DNA of 64,000 bases from a virus, in IMG/VR virus record IMGVR_UViG_3300042691_041718, positions 64,001 to 128,000 of that record; one strand, given 5' to 3'. The notes beneath the pieces were generated by a model. It saw only the letters and a program-made list of their open reading frames with translations. It searched no databases and was not told the origin of the DNA. The position numbers were made by a program, and so were the translations under genes. Of the stretch, positions 38,635 to 49,400 are shown one piece after another (position 1 is the stretch's first letter; every line of letters starts with the position of its first letter).

Positions 38635-39169
38635 TTAATTTAAGTAGGTTTTCTGTATTATGAGTATATTTATCTAATAAACTTTCTAAAAATTTCAATC
38701 TACCCATTTTATAATCTTCTTTAGGGTAAACCGAAAACTCTTCACTAATTCCGTTCTCCCACTCCAACAATTGATCAAAATCTCTTTCAACAATATTCAT
38801 ATCATAATGATTAAAAGACTCTGATAAATTAGTAGTAGAATTATGAGTTTTAGTATCTAAAATAATTTGCTTAACATCTAAAATATCTTTGTTAGTTTTA
38901 TCAACAGCGCAACTCATTAAGAAATCAGCAGAATCTTCTTCATTTGTTTTACTAATAGGATCATAAACGATATCATGAAAAAGAGCAGCTAACATAAGTT
39001 TTTCATATTCTTTTTCAGAAAACTTAGATTTATTTTCGTTGATTTGAGAAATCAAATCATTAAGATGATTTAAGTTGTGGTAGTGTCTATGTGATTCATT
39101 CCACATAGAAAGAATTGTGTTTATATCACACTTAATTCCCCACTTTTCTAATAATTGTTGTAAGTCCAT
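38612..39169 (-). CDS. Predicted metal-dependent HD-superfamily phosphohydrolase
   Basis: RHYHNLNHL, AALFHDIVYDP, NEEDSA. Confidence 0.8.
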   Translation of the reverse strand: MDLQQLLEKWGIKCDINTILSMWNESHRHYHNLNHLNDLISQINENKSKFSEKEYEKLMLAALFHDIVYDPISKTNEEDSADFLMSCAVDKTNKDILDVKQIILDTKTHNSTTNLSESFNHYDMNIVERDFDQLLEWENGISEEFSVYPKEDYKMGRLKFLESLLDKYTHNTENLLKLIDYVKSN

Positions 39170-39179
39170 TCAGTTACTA

Positions 39180-39530
39180 TTATTTTTGATAGAAATCAAC
39201 GCCATATTTTTCAGCGATTTCTTTAGCTTTATTTAAATTTTTCTCTTCAACGAAAAATACCCATCTTGGATTTTTAACACTATATCTAAGTCTATCTTCT
39301 AATACATTCCCAGTATCAATGTCAATAAATTTAGGTGGTGTTAAAAAACCTTGATTGTGCATTAAATCCATCATATCTCGTCTAATAGAACTTGTTACTT
39401 CACTAGTAACAGAACTAACATTTACAATAACAGATGGATAGACAATCTTTTCAATACCTTTACTATTATTAAACTTTATTGGATTTATAGTAAAGTTACT
39501 AAAAGTTTCGTTAAATCGTTTAATTTTCAT
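39180..39530 (-). CDS. Hypothetical protein with a capsid-targeting-like N-terminus
   Basis: Starts MKIKRFNETF; late motif 4 nt upstream. Confidence 0.55.
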   Translation of the reverse strand: MKIKRFNETFSNFTINPIKFNNSKGIEKIVYPSVIVNVSSVTSEVTSSIRRDMMDLMHNQGFLTPPKFIDIDTGNVLEDRLRYSVKNPRWVFFVEEKNLNKAKEIAEKYGVDFYQK

Positions 39531-39533
39531 ATA

Positions 39534-39674
39534 CTATATATTAAAAATCTTTCTTAACTTTCTCTTTCTTATACTAACCTTTTCAAAGTTTAATATTTTC
39601 ATTTGATACTCAAAAAACGCACTAGTCATATAGCTTCTACCAACTTGTCTTGATTTTCCCAATATTACATTCAT
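39534..39674 (-). CDS. 46-aa ORF (not in the supplied track): terminase Walker-A-like segment plus RxxKLxxI tail
   Basis: Hand translation MNVILGKSRQVGRSYMTSAFFEYQMKILNFEKVSIRKRKLRKIFNI; ATGA-coupled to the upstream gene. Confidence 0.55.
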   Translation of the reverse strand: MNVILGKSRQVGRSYMTSAFFEYQMKILNFEKVSIRKRKLRKIFNI

Positions 39675-39979
39675 AAACCCAACTCAATTAATTTTATCTC
39701 TCTGATTAAAGCCGTTTTTGTATAATGATTATAATCTAAATTATATTCAGATTTTAAGTAATCTTTAACACATTCGGTATATTTACTATAAACAAAGTCT
39801 TGATAGTTATCATCACACCCCATTACTTCTTTGTAAAACATTCTTTCGAGAATTCTTTCTCTATCTCTGAGTATGGCACCTTCTTCATATCTTTGAGATT
39901 TAATAGCTTTCATCTTTTCATCTCTTAAATCTAAAATATCAATAAGTAGTTGTAACAATTTTACTTTTTCCATATCCAT
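39671..39979 (-). CDS. UVR-domain protein with tail REIKLIELGL
   Basis: KMKAIKSQRYEEGAILRDRERIL fits the UvrB/UvrC/ClpC UVR coiled-coil motif. Confidence 0.6.
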   Translation of the reverse strand: MDMEKVKLLQLLIDILDLRDEKMKAIKSQRYEEGAILRDRERILERMFYKEVMGCDDNYQDFVYSKYTECVKDYLKSEYNLDYNHYTKTALIREIKLIELGL

Positions 39980-40131
39980 TCAATAATCTTTTTTCTTCTC
40001 TGAGAAATTCTCACTAAATACATCTTTTTAAGCATTACCTCAGTCTCCTCAACCAGTTTTTTCATTTTTTCATTATGAAAATCTTTTCTTCTTTCTGATA
40101 AATAAGTATCCACATCCTTAACCTTAAACAT
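39961..40131 (-). CDS. 56-aa ORF (not in the supplied track) with tail RRKKIIEWI
   Basis: Hand translation MFKVKDVDTYLSERRKDFHNEKMKKLVEETEVMLKKMYLVRISQRRKKIIEWIWKK; fills the gap and overlaps the cobB stop. Confidence 0.45.
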   Translation of the reverse strand: MFKVKDVDTYLSERRKDFHNEKMKKLVEETEVMLKKMYLVRISQRRKKIIEWIWKK

Positions 40132-40843
40132 TTTTTAAAATATCAACAATTTTTTTCATACCAACTGTTGCTGGTTCTTTAATATGTGTATAATTAATCT
40201 TACTCAAACCATAAGAATCTGACCAAACAATCATTTCATCAGCAGGATCAACATAATATATCTTACAAGTATCCTTCACCAATGTTGGTAGTAAATTAGC
40301 AGGAGCTACTTGCATTGATGTTCCAACAATAATACAAATATCACACTTTTGAGCAGCTTCTTCTGCCTTTGATAATAAATTATAGTTCAAACTTTCACCA
40401 AACCAAACAACAGCTGGTCTTAATTGAGAACCTTTTGAACACTTATCACCAATATTAATATCACCTTCCCAATCAAACGTTTCATCTGATCCAGGGAAAG
40501 AAGATTTAGCTTTTGATAATTCACCGTGTAAATGAATTACATTAGTAGAACCTGCTCTTTCGTGTAGATTATCAACATTTTGAGTAACTAAAGTTACATT
40601 ATAATCTTTTTCTAACTCAGCAATTATTTTATGAGCATCATTTGGATAGACATCTTTCATTTGAGCGCGACGTTGGTTATAAAAATCCAAAACACGATTT
40701 TTATCTTTTCTCCAACCAGTTAAGGTTGCTACATCTTCAATTTTGAAGTTATACCAAAGACCATCAGAATCACGAAAGGTTTCAACTCCCGACTCTTTAG
40801 AAACTCCAGCACCAGTAAATATTAATATTTTTTTCATAGACAT
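40124..40843 (-). CDS. cobB: Sir2/CobB NAD-dependent deacylase
   Basis: FTGAGVSKESG, FRDSDGLW, VTQNVDNLHERAG, HLHG, LRPAVVWFGE, VGTS; TATCTTTG at 40854..40861. Confidence 0.93.
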   Translation of the reverse strand: MSMKKILIFTGAGVSKESGVETFRDSDGLWYNFKIEDVATLTGWRKDKNRVLDFYNQRRAQMKDVYPNDAHKIIAELEKDYNVTLVTQNVDNLHERAGSTNVIHLHGELSKAKSSFPGSDETFDWEGDINIGDKCSKGSQLRPAVVWFGESLNYNLLSKAEEAAQKCDICIIVGTSMQVAPANLLPTLVKDTCKIYYVDPADEMIVWSDSYGLSKINYTHIKEPATVGMKKIVDILKNV

Positions 40844-40924
40844 AAATAATATACAAAGATAATAAAAATAAGTTTATTAGAAAGTATTTAAATTTTAATA
40901 TATAATAAAAAATATATTAGTTGA

Positions 40925-43900
40925 ATGCCATTACCTTCACAAAACATCATTAGAAATAAACCATATTTAGTTTCAGCTGTGGATTATCAGTTAGGTACTT
41001 TTGTTGATCCATTGCAATATAATTTAGCTTATTTTGATAATTTTCAAATATTAGAGGAAAGAACGAATGGTTACGCAAGTCCTCGTTTGGTAAACTGGGT
41101 AGAACCATATACTGTCAATGATATAAATAAAACATTATTTTATACAGAGGTTAATTCAAATATACAAGTTGGTGATAGAGTATTTATAATAAATGGATAT
41201 TATGATAGTGATTTATTGATTAAGGATGATAAGTATAAATCTGGTAGAGATGGTTATATAGTTCTTTATGTTGATAAATGTAAGATAGTTCTTGATATAG
41301 ATTACACTGGTGTTTTACCATTCAATGATACTGAAAAAAAGGATGACTTTGTAAAAGTTTGGAAAATTTCAACAAGAGAACAATTCTTACATGTTAATAA
41401 ACAAATATCATCAAGAGGAGGTCAACTTAACTATAAGTTTGATAAGTATCAAAATAATATGATATATGCTGATTCTAATGACGTTTTTTATCAACCAGTT
41501 TATAACGAAGAGTATACCGCAGGTACAATATCTAATATAGCTGGATATGGTGTTAGTTTAGGTTTAACAGGTGCTCCAGGATTTTTTGTTAGAAATGGTA
41601 GTGGTTATTGGATTAATATATCAAAAGAGTTATACTTTTATGGTTCTTTTTCAGCAGCTCTTGGAACTTATTCAAATAATAGACTAATGGTTATGAGTGG
41701 TGATTTCACTCATAAAGGAACCGATTTCAAAGAAGGAAATATTTATGAATGGGTTACTGGACCTACAAATTCATATTGGGGAGTTGATAAACTTTTCTCA
41801 AAACCAATAATTAGTAAGTCTAACTTTAGAAGTGGTGATTTTTTTGGAACTTTTAATAATGGTATTTATGGAATACAGGAAAAGAGAATACAGTGGAAAG
41901 GTATAAAATCTAAGTGGAATGGTGGTACTTTATTAAATACAATTTGGGAAAATGGTGATTTAAATTCAAAAATAACAATTGCTGGTCAAAACTATACAAC
42001 AACACTAGATAGTTCTGGTGATCCAATTCAAAAAAGTAATACTAATAATAATGGTGGTAAAGGGTTTAACTTTATTATAGATTCTAGTATATTAAAAGCT
42101 AATATTGAAAATGGTACAATAATAAATGCTAAATTAGGTGGTACAAATACTAAGAAAGTTTTAAAAAATCACTTAAATTCTGCTACACAAAGTTTTGATA
42201 TATCTATTCAAAAAGGATACTTTGAAGATGGACAATTTAATTCATTATTAATTGACAATTCAACTTTAATTAACTCTAAGTTAGTTGATAGTAAAATAAC
42301 AAATAGTAGAATTGTAAATTCCCAAGTTATTGATAGTGTAGTCAAAGACTCTACTTATATTTCGGAAGATTCTATTAAGATAAAAGCTTACGATGAGTGG
42401 AATGTTTCAGAATATAGATACACTAATCTAGCAAATAACCCAACCGGATCAAGTACTTATAGTATAATAAAACTATCTAGTCCATTTAGCTTACAAAATT
42501 CAAGAACAACACACAAATTATTCAAATTTTATATTGATGAAAAAGACTACAAAAAACTTAAATTAGATGATTATTTCTATTTAAAGGGTATAAACATAAA
42601 TAATAATTCAAAAATTCCAATAAATTTCTTTGATAAAAAATTTAAAATTGGAACTTGGGTTGATTTTAACGATGAATATACAGAGTCTTTTATAAACGAT
42701 GATTATACATATGAAAGAGATAATACAGTGGCTAATTTCTATAAAAGAGGATTTGAGTATAATGCTTATTTATCAACACCTGAAGAAAATAGTTATGTTT
42801 TAAACAGTTTAACCGCATCTGTTGATTTACAAATGATGATAAGTGCTACTTTATCATCAACTGCTAGTATAGTTGCTCAATCAACTGGAATAATCAAAAC
42901 AAATACAAACTCAAATTACTATTCAGTTGATATTTTAGTATCTATACAAGATGTTATAAATAGAGATGTGGATTCAACAGAATTTAATTTTAACTATAAT
43001 TCTAATCCTGGTACACAATCAACATATATAGGTAACTTAATTGATATATCAAAAGCATTTATAATAAATTCAAACTTTGATAGTGGTATTTTAGAAACAT
43101 CTGATTGGAATAGTGGTTATTATATAAACTATAACAACGATGTTAATATATCATCATTAACAGGAAGTGGTACTTATAGAATATCTTTAAATACCGTTAA
43201 TAGTACTTTAATTGTTACTAATACACAATATGTATCTGAAAAAAATAAAGAATTTAGTTTTAAAATTGGTGATGTTGTTTATTTAAACTCAGTTGATTAT
43301 ATAAATGGTGGTGTAGTTAAAAGAATACCTGATTCATACGAAGTATTATCAATTGATGTTAACAAATTAACACTTAAAGAAATTGGTACTAATATATTAT
43401 CCGGATTAACAGCTGGTGGATATTTTGAAACAAATAATTCAAGAAACAGATATAATTATCTAAGCAAAGTTAAATTCTATAAGAGTAAAATAAAATCTGG
43501 GCTATTTAAAAGAGGATATATGAATAGTTCATTGATAAAAAATGATAATTATGATTCATCCGATAAAGATTTTTTCAATCTTGAGAAGATTAGAAGTTTG
43601 ATTATAAGTGATACAATTTTTAGTAATAATAATAATATATTATCATCAGCAACTTATTTAAATTCATTTTTTATCGGAGGTAATGATGTTTGGCAAGATG
43701 GTATAATACAAAACTCATTTTTAAATAACTTTGGTTTCAATAAAGGTGTTATTAAAGAATCTCAATGGTATGATGGTGTATTTACTAATGGAACTTTTTA
43801 CAACTCAAGATCATTTGATGGTAATGGTACTATTGATAAGAAATATTATTATGATAATAGAATAAAATCATATCACATAGATGGTGTTGTAACAGCAACT

Positions 43901-46378
43901 GTTTCAAACTTTAGATACTCTTGGGTCAAAGGAGAATTTAAAGATGGAATATTCTTTAAGAGTGATTGGGAGGATGGTGTATTTAAGAATGGTATATTTA
44001 ATTATTCTAAGTTCTACAAAGGTACGTTTAGTAACGGACAAATTGGTGAGCCAAAATCAGCGGCTGAATCAACAGTTATTTATAATGGAGATATTCTTTA
44101 TGCAACTGTTAATAATGCCACACTATATGCTAAAAGTCCAAATTATTTAGGAGCAACTGAAAGTGGTGATATTTATAATATAAACTGGTATGATGGTATA
44201 TTTAATAATGGTGTTTTTGGTTCTTATTACGAAAGATTATATATTTATGTTGGTGGATCAACATACTCTAATCATGTTGTCCCATTAAACGCAACTGCAA
44301 ATCCAAATGGTAGTAATGGTATGTCTATAAACCAAACTAATTTTAGTAATATTTGGAATGATCAAAGAACACAGGGATTTTTAGTATCAACTCAAAGTTT
44401 ATCAAGTACAGTATATGATGTTATTGTAAATCCTGAACTTCCTTTTGATATAGAATTAAAAGTTAAAATCAATCATACTTATATAGGTGATATATTGATA
44501 AATTTAAAATCCCCAAATGGTAAAATTATAAATGTTAAAGACTATAATATAGGAAGTGATAATGACTTTAAATCCAATGACTCGATTGTTTTTACTACAA
44601 ATGATTCAAATCCAATATTAACATCAGTCTTACCACAATACTACAATAATGATAACCCACCTTATTTGAAATTTAGAATGAGTAAATCACTTGGTATTGG
44701 TACTTTTGGAACATATAGCTTCCTATCCAATACAATTAACTCAACTGAATTATTAAATTTTGATAATACATTTAATGGAAATTGGGAATTGATAATCATT
44801 GATAATTCACTATATGATATTGGATACTTATTTGAGTGGGAATTAACATTTAAATACAATACTCTTGATTATACAATAGATAGAAATAACTATGCAACTT
44901 GGTATAATGGTACATTTAATGGAGGACAATTTACAAATTATGCTAAGTGGAAAAATGGTACATTTAATGGTGGTAGATTTATATCTACTTATGGATGTAG
45001 CCAAAGTGGTTTATTTTATAATAACTCAGAAGACAAGTTAACTTACTCTTGGGAGAATGGTACATTTAACGATGGTGAATTTGGTAACTCATCAACTGGA
45101 GATAACTCAACATGGTATTACGGTATATTTAATGGTGGTGACTTCAAAGGTAAAATTTGGAATAATGGATTATTCACTGGTGGTAACTTCAAAGGTAGCT
45201 CAACCTTCTCAGCAATTGGTAATCTAGATATAAATAATTATCAGAATTCAAATGCTTCTAAATTCGTAGATTCATATACGCAAAGTTTTTATGGATTGTG
45301 GGTAGATGGAATTGCTACAAATAATAAATGGAGATATTTATCAGAAAAAGCTTTTTATGTTAGAAATAAAATTCCAAAAGTTTATAACTCAATAAATTTT
45401 GATAAAGTTTTGTGGTTATCTGGTACATTTAGTAGTGATAACGGTACGTTTAAAAATAGTGTTTGGTTAACCGGGACATTTAATAAAGGTACATTTCAAT
45501 ATAGTTCTTTTAATCCATATGTAATTAGATCTAATAATGATGAATATCCGCTAAAGTTAAATACTACGAATAGTGATTATTCATTTACTCCTAACTTTAA
45601 TAGTACTAATGCTACTAATAATTCAATACCAGATAAATCAAATTGGGTAACTGGTGATTTTATAGATAGTGATTTTTATATGTCGAGATGGTTAAATGGT
45701 AATTTCATTAGTGGTACTGCATGGGGTATGATTTTTTATAATGGTGTTTCTAATTTTATGAATGCTTATAATGTTATTTGGGAAGGAGGTACTTGGAAAA
45801 ATGGTAACTGGTATGGATCAAATTTTGACTATGTTGGTTATGTAAACAATGAATTTACTTATAATATATTAAAACGTGGATTGAGAGATAATGGTAATTC
45901 TGTTGCCACACAACCATATGACTACGTAAATGGAACATATTCTTTGGTTCCACCACCAGACGGTCAATCTTATGGTCGAAATGAAGTACATATTTGGAAT
46001 TTATTTAAAAATTCATCAAAGGTAATTAATCAAATAAGTGATGGTGGATCTAGTGATATTAGTTTTGATATAACAGTTGAAAATACATCATCTTATAATT
46101 TTGGAACATATTATGATCCAAACGAAGGAACATCATATACATTCAGACCACCAAGACCAGAAACAAATATAACACCTTGGGTAATTACCGACGAAAGTTC
46201 TGGCGATGGTTCATTCAATCCAGAAACATGGAATGAAAATTGGAGTACAGATTTTAGTGTATTTGGAGTTAATAATAACAATAATACGGCTATTCCAAAT
46301 GCTAACTGGGAATTCACAAGTTTTTCGGAACCATCTTCAGACCCATTTTCAAATTGGACAAATATTAGTTATGATTAA
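40925..46378 (+). CDS. Giant putative virion protein
   Basis: 1817 aa; pentapeptide tracts (I-x-N-S-x and G-x-F/W-x-x), one P-domain-like module; ends WTNISYD. Confidence 0.65.
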   Translation: MPLPSQNIIRNKPYLVSAVDYQLGTFVDPLQYNLAYFDNFQILEERTNGYASPRLVNWVEPYTVNDINKTLFYTEVNSNIQVGDRVFIINGYYDSDLLIKDDKYKSGRDGYIVLYVDKCKIVLDIDYTGVLPFNDTEKKDDFVKVWKISTREQFLHVNKQISSRGGQLNYKFDKYQNNMIYADSNDVFYQPVYNEEYTAGTISNIAGYGVSLGLTGAPGFFVRNGSGYWINISKELYFYGSFSAALGTYSNNRLMVMSGDFTHKGTDFKEGNIYEWVTGPTNSYWGVDKLFSKPIISKSNFRSGDFFGTFNNGIYGIQEKRIQWKGIKSKWNGGTLLNTIWENGDLNSKITIAGQNYTTTLDSSGDPIQKSNTNNNGGKGFNFIIDSSILKANIENGTIINAKLGGTNTKKVLKNHLNSATQSFDISIQKGYFEDGQFNSLLIDNSTLINSKLVDSKITNSRIVNSQVIDSVVKDSTYISEDSIKIKAYDEWNVSEYRYTNLANNPTGSSTYSIIKLSSPFSLQNSRTTHKLFKFYIDEKDYKKLKLDDYFYLKGININNNSKIPINFFDKKFKIGTWVDFNDEYTESFINDDYTYERDNTVANFYKRGFEYNAYLSTPEENSYVLNSLTASVDLQMMISATLSSTASIVAQSTGIIKTNTNSNYYSVDILVSIQDVINRDVDSTEFNFNYNSNPGTQSTYIGNLIDISKAFIINSNFDSGILETSDWNSGYYINYNNDVNISSLTGSGTYRISLNTVNSTLIVTNTQYVSEKNKEFSFKIGDVVYLNSVDYINGGVVKRIPDSYEVLSIDVNKLTLKEIGTNILSGLTAGGYFETNNSRNRYNYLSKVKFYKSKIKSGLFKRGYMNSSLIKNDNYDSSDKDFFNLEKIRSLIISDTIFSNNNNILSSATYLNSFFIGGNDVWQDGIIQNSFLNNFGFNKGVIKESQWYDGVFTNGTFYNSRSFDGNGTIDKKYYYDNRIKSYHIDGVVTATVSNFRYSWVKGEFKDGIFFKSDWEDGVFKNGIFNYSKFYKGTFSNGQIGEPKSAAESTVIYNGDILYATVNNATLYAKSPNYLGATESGDIYNINWYDGIFNNGVFGSYYERLYIYVGGSTYSNHVVPLNATANPNGSNGMSINQTNFSNIWNDQRTQGFLVSTQSLSSTVYDVIVNPELPFDIELKVKINHTYIGDILINLKSPNGKIINVKDYNIGSDNDFKSNDSIVFTTNDSNPILTSVLPQYYNNDNPPYLKFRMSKSLGIGTFGTYSFLSNTINSTELLNFDNTFNGNWELIIIDNSLYDIGYLFEWELTFKYNTLDYTIDRNNYATWYNGTFNGGQFTNYAKWKNGTFNGGRFISTYGCSQSGLFYNNSEDKLTYSWENGTFNDGEFGNSSTGDNSTWYYGIFNGGDFKGKIWNNGLFTGGNFKGSSTFSAIGNLDINNYQNSNASKFVDSYTQSFYGLWVDGIATNNKWRYLSEKAFYVRNKIPKVYNSINFDKVLWLSGTFSSDNGTFKNSVWLTGTFNKGTFQYSSFNPYVIRSNNDEYPLKLNTTNSDYSFTPNFNSTNATNNSIPDKSNWVTGDFIDSDFYMSRWLNGNFISGTAWGMIFYNGVSNFMNAYNVIWEGGTWKNGNWYGSNFDYVGYVNNEFTYNILKRGLRDNGNSVATQPYDYVNGTYSLVPPPDGQSYGRNEVHIWNLFKNSSKVINQISDGGSSDISFDITVENTSSYNFGTYYDPNEGTSYTFRPPRPETNITPWVITDESSGDGSFNPETWNENWSTDFSVFGVNNNNNTAIPNANWEFTSFSEPSSDPFSNWTNISYD

Positions 46379-46415
46379 TTTTTGATAATAGTAATATAAT
46401 TTTAATATATAGAAT

Positions 46416-49400
46416 ATGGGTTGGTCACAAAATATAAATAGAGATACATACATAGGTGGTTCTTTACCATCTGGTATAACAACAGTAATAGCAGATACTC
46501 AAAAAAACTTCGGTTGGACTTATTCTTTGATGAAATATAAAGATAGTCCAAATGAGGCATCTTTCATGGCATTGAGAGTAAATCCATTGATTTACACACA
46601 ATCAAATAGTGATATAACATTCTGGTATAATAGACCGGGTATTTCCACTTTACCTCCTATTTCTGAAAACTATACACAAGCACATATGCTACAAAAAGCT
46701 ATTGGCTTTTATAATACGACTCCAAAAAGTTTCAAAAAGGATAAAGTTTATCAATTTAATACTGTTATGATGAACTACTTACAAATTGGTGAAAATACAA
46801 CTTATGCAAGACAGTGGAGATCACCAGCTTTGTATTTAGTTACTCCAATTGGAGATAAAGCTGAGTTATTAGCTGATAAAACATTTTATAAAGATTATAG
46901 ACAAAATATAAATGGATCAGATTTAACCGATTATGATTTTAAAAAATCTGATACATTTATAATACCTTGGGCTTACTTTGAAAGTAAAGCTAGTTTAGAT
47001 ACACTAAATTCTGTTGATGGTTCTGGTAGAATTTTCACATTTCACTATTACTCGACTCCGAAAGAAGATGTTAGTTCTTTTTTATCAGAAAGACCATCAA
47101 CTTTTTATTCAAATATTTTATTCGGAAATAGTCACGCAAATACAACCTATAACAATCTTATAACTATATCTAATCATAGATATACGGAATTTAAGGGAAA
47201 TGGTAATCAAACATCTGGAAATCATCTTAATACAGGTGAAGGTATTGTATCATACTCCGTAAATGAAACGGATTGGTTAATACAAGGATTTTCATATGTT
47301 AGTTTATTTAAAACTGAGGTTATTACCACACCTTTCACTCCACCTACTACAAGATCAACTTTTTCAGCTAAACCATGGACTGAAGGAGGTAATTTATTTG
47401 GTAACGGTTGGTATGTTGCTCAAAATAGATATATTTGGTATGATAGACCAAAATCAACAACAACAAATTGGCAAAGTATAGTATTTCCAAGTGGAGCTGC
47501 TTTATATAAAGGATTAGCAAATGAACCTTATTTTAATATGCCTGTTGGTGGACCATGGTCAAATGGTCCAACAGTTGATATACCAAACTGGTATGATAGA
47601 TTTGGATTTCATCCAGATGATGAATCAGATGTAATTGGTCTTGTTACACCAAATAGGTCAACAGAGACAGTTAACTCTGGTAGTGGTTTGAATGGGTATT
47701 CAAAAAGTCCACATGAAGGATTTAGAAAAAATAATTATATTGCTAAGTTTATAAATTATGATAAATTCAATTTATCATTTAAGTATAAGAATACAAGAAA
47801 TGATAATATTGGTATAAAATTTTATTTATCTAGTAGACTTCCTTCACAAAGACCAATTGCTACTTATATAGCATCATCGTCACCAAATTTAACAATAGCA
47901 GATTGGGGAACAACAACTGATACAATTAGTGTACCATTAGATTCAAATAATTACTTAACTAGTGCTACTACATTAAAAGAGATTAAGGTAACAGTTAATA
48001 TAGATCATACTTGGGATGGTGATTTAATTTTAAATCTAAAAGGTCCAGCAGCTAATGATGTTCAAGGTATTGGTAAAGTTATAAATTTATTTAATAGAGA
48101 AAAAGGAAATAGTGATAATTTAAAATCAACCGTTTTCACATCAGATGATACTAAAAATAGTATATCTAAAGGATCAGCTCCTTTTACTGATACATTTAGA
48201 ATGAAAAAAGATGTTGGTGTTGGATATGGTGCTTATAGATCAAATACACAGGATATTAGAAAACTATTAAATTCATCAGATAGTATAGTAGGTAACTGGA
48301 CACTTTACATAAAAGATGACGCTGGGTTAGATGTTGGTAAATTAAATACATGGACAATAGAATTTTTATTTGATGATAATTCAAGTCAAAATTATTTAGG
48401 ATCTTTAACTTATAGTGTTACAGATAAAGATTATACATTCTATGGTTTACAAGGAAATCAATATCTAATATTCGTTGGGGATACAGTGCCTCAAACAACT
48501 GGAGCAACATACATTGTCGCATCATTAACAGATTTAAAAATCGAAGAAACCTATCATATCCAAAATAATACATTATTATCCGTTGGTACAAATAGTTTTC
48601 CTACTGGTTATCTAAACTATGGATTTGGACTATTCGACTCATATGATTATATAGAAACTCCAAAGTTTTATTATAATATAGGAGTTGGTAATACTTTAAA
48701 TGCTGTAAGATCAATAACTTATTCTACCATAAAGACAAAAGTTGGAACCGGTAAATTTAAATCTGGTATATGGGAGGATGGTAATTGGATAAATGGTTAT
48801 AGAGAAGATAGAAGTGTTAGAAACTTTTTTGATGTGAGTCAATTCTACTCATATAATAGAGATAAAAAATGGAGATTAACAATCTCTGGACCATCATATA
48901 ATGTTAATAATTTTAATGTTGGAGATAAAATATCTATTTCTAATATAGTTGCTATAGATATAAACAATGAAAGAAAACTTATTAGAAATTATTATACTGT
49001 GATAAGTAAAACTAATAATACATTATTAGTTGAGTTTGAATATGATTTTCCATTAAGAAGAGTTGAAAAAGATTCACCTTATCATTTTATTTACGTAACT
49101 AAAAATATTTGGTTAAGTGGTAATTTCTTCAATGGATATTTTAATGGTGGTGTTTGGACAAACGGTAGCTTCTATGGATTACCACATACTACTAAAATGG
49201 TTGATACTCAATGGATAGATGGTGAGTTATCTGGTGGTCACTTTAAATCAAATATTATTTCATTCACATATTCATCAGGTAATATTGGACTAACAAATTC
49301 ATCAACTGGATTAAGAGGTAGATTTATTAATATAACTTTAAGTGCAACACATTCTTTAAATGTTGGTGATGAGATATATGTTAGTGAATTTGAAGATGAT

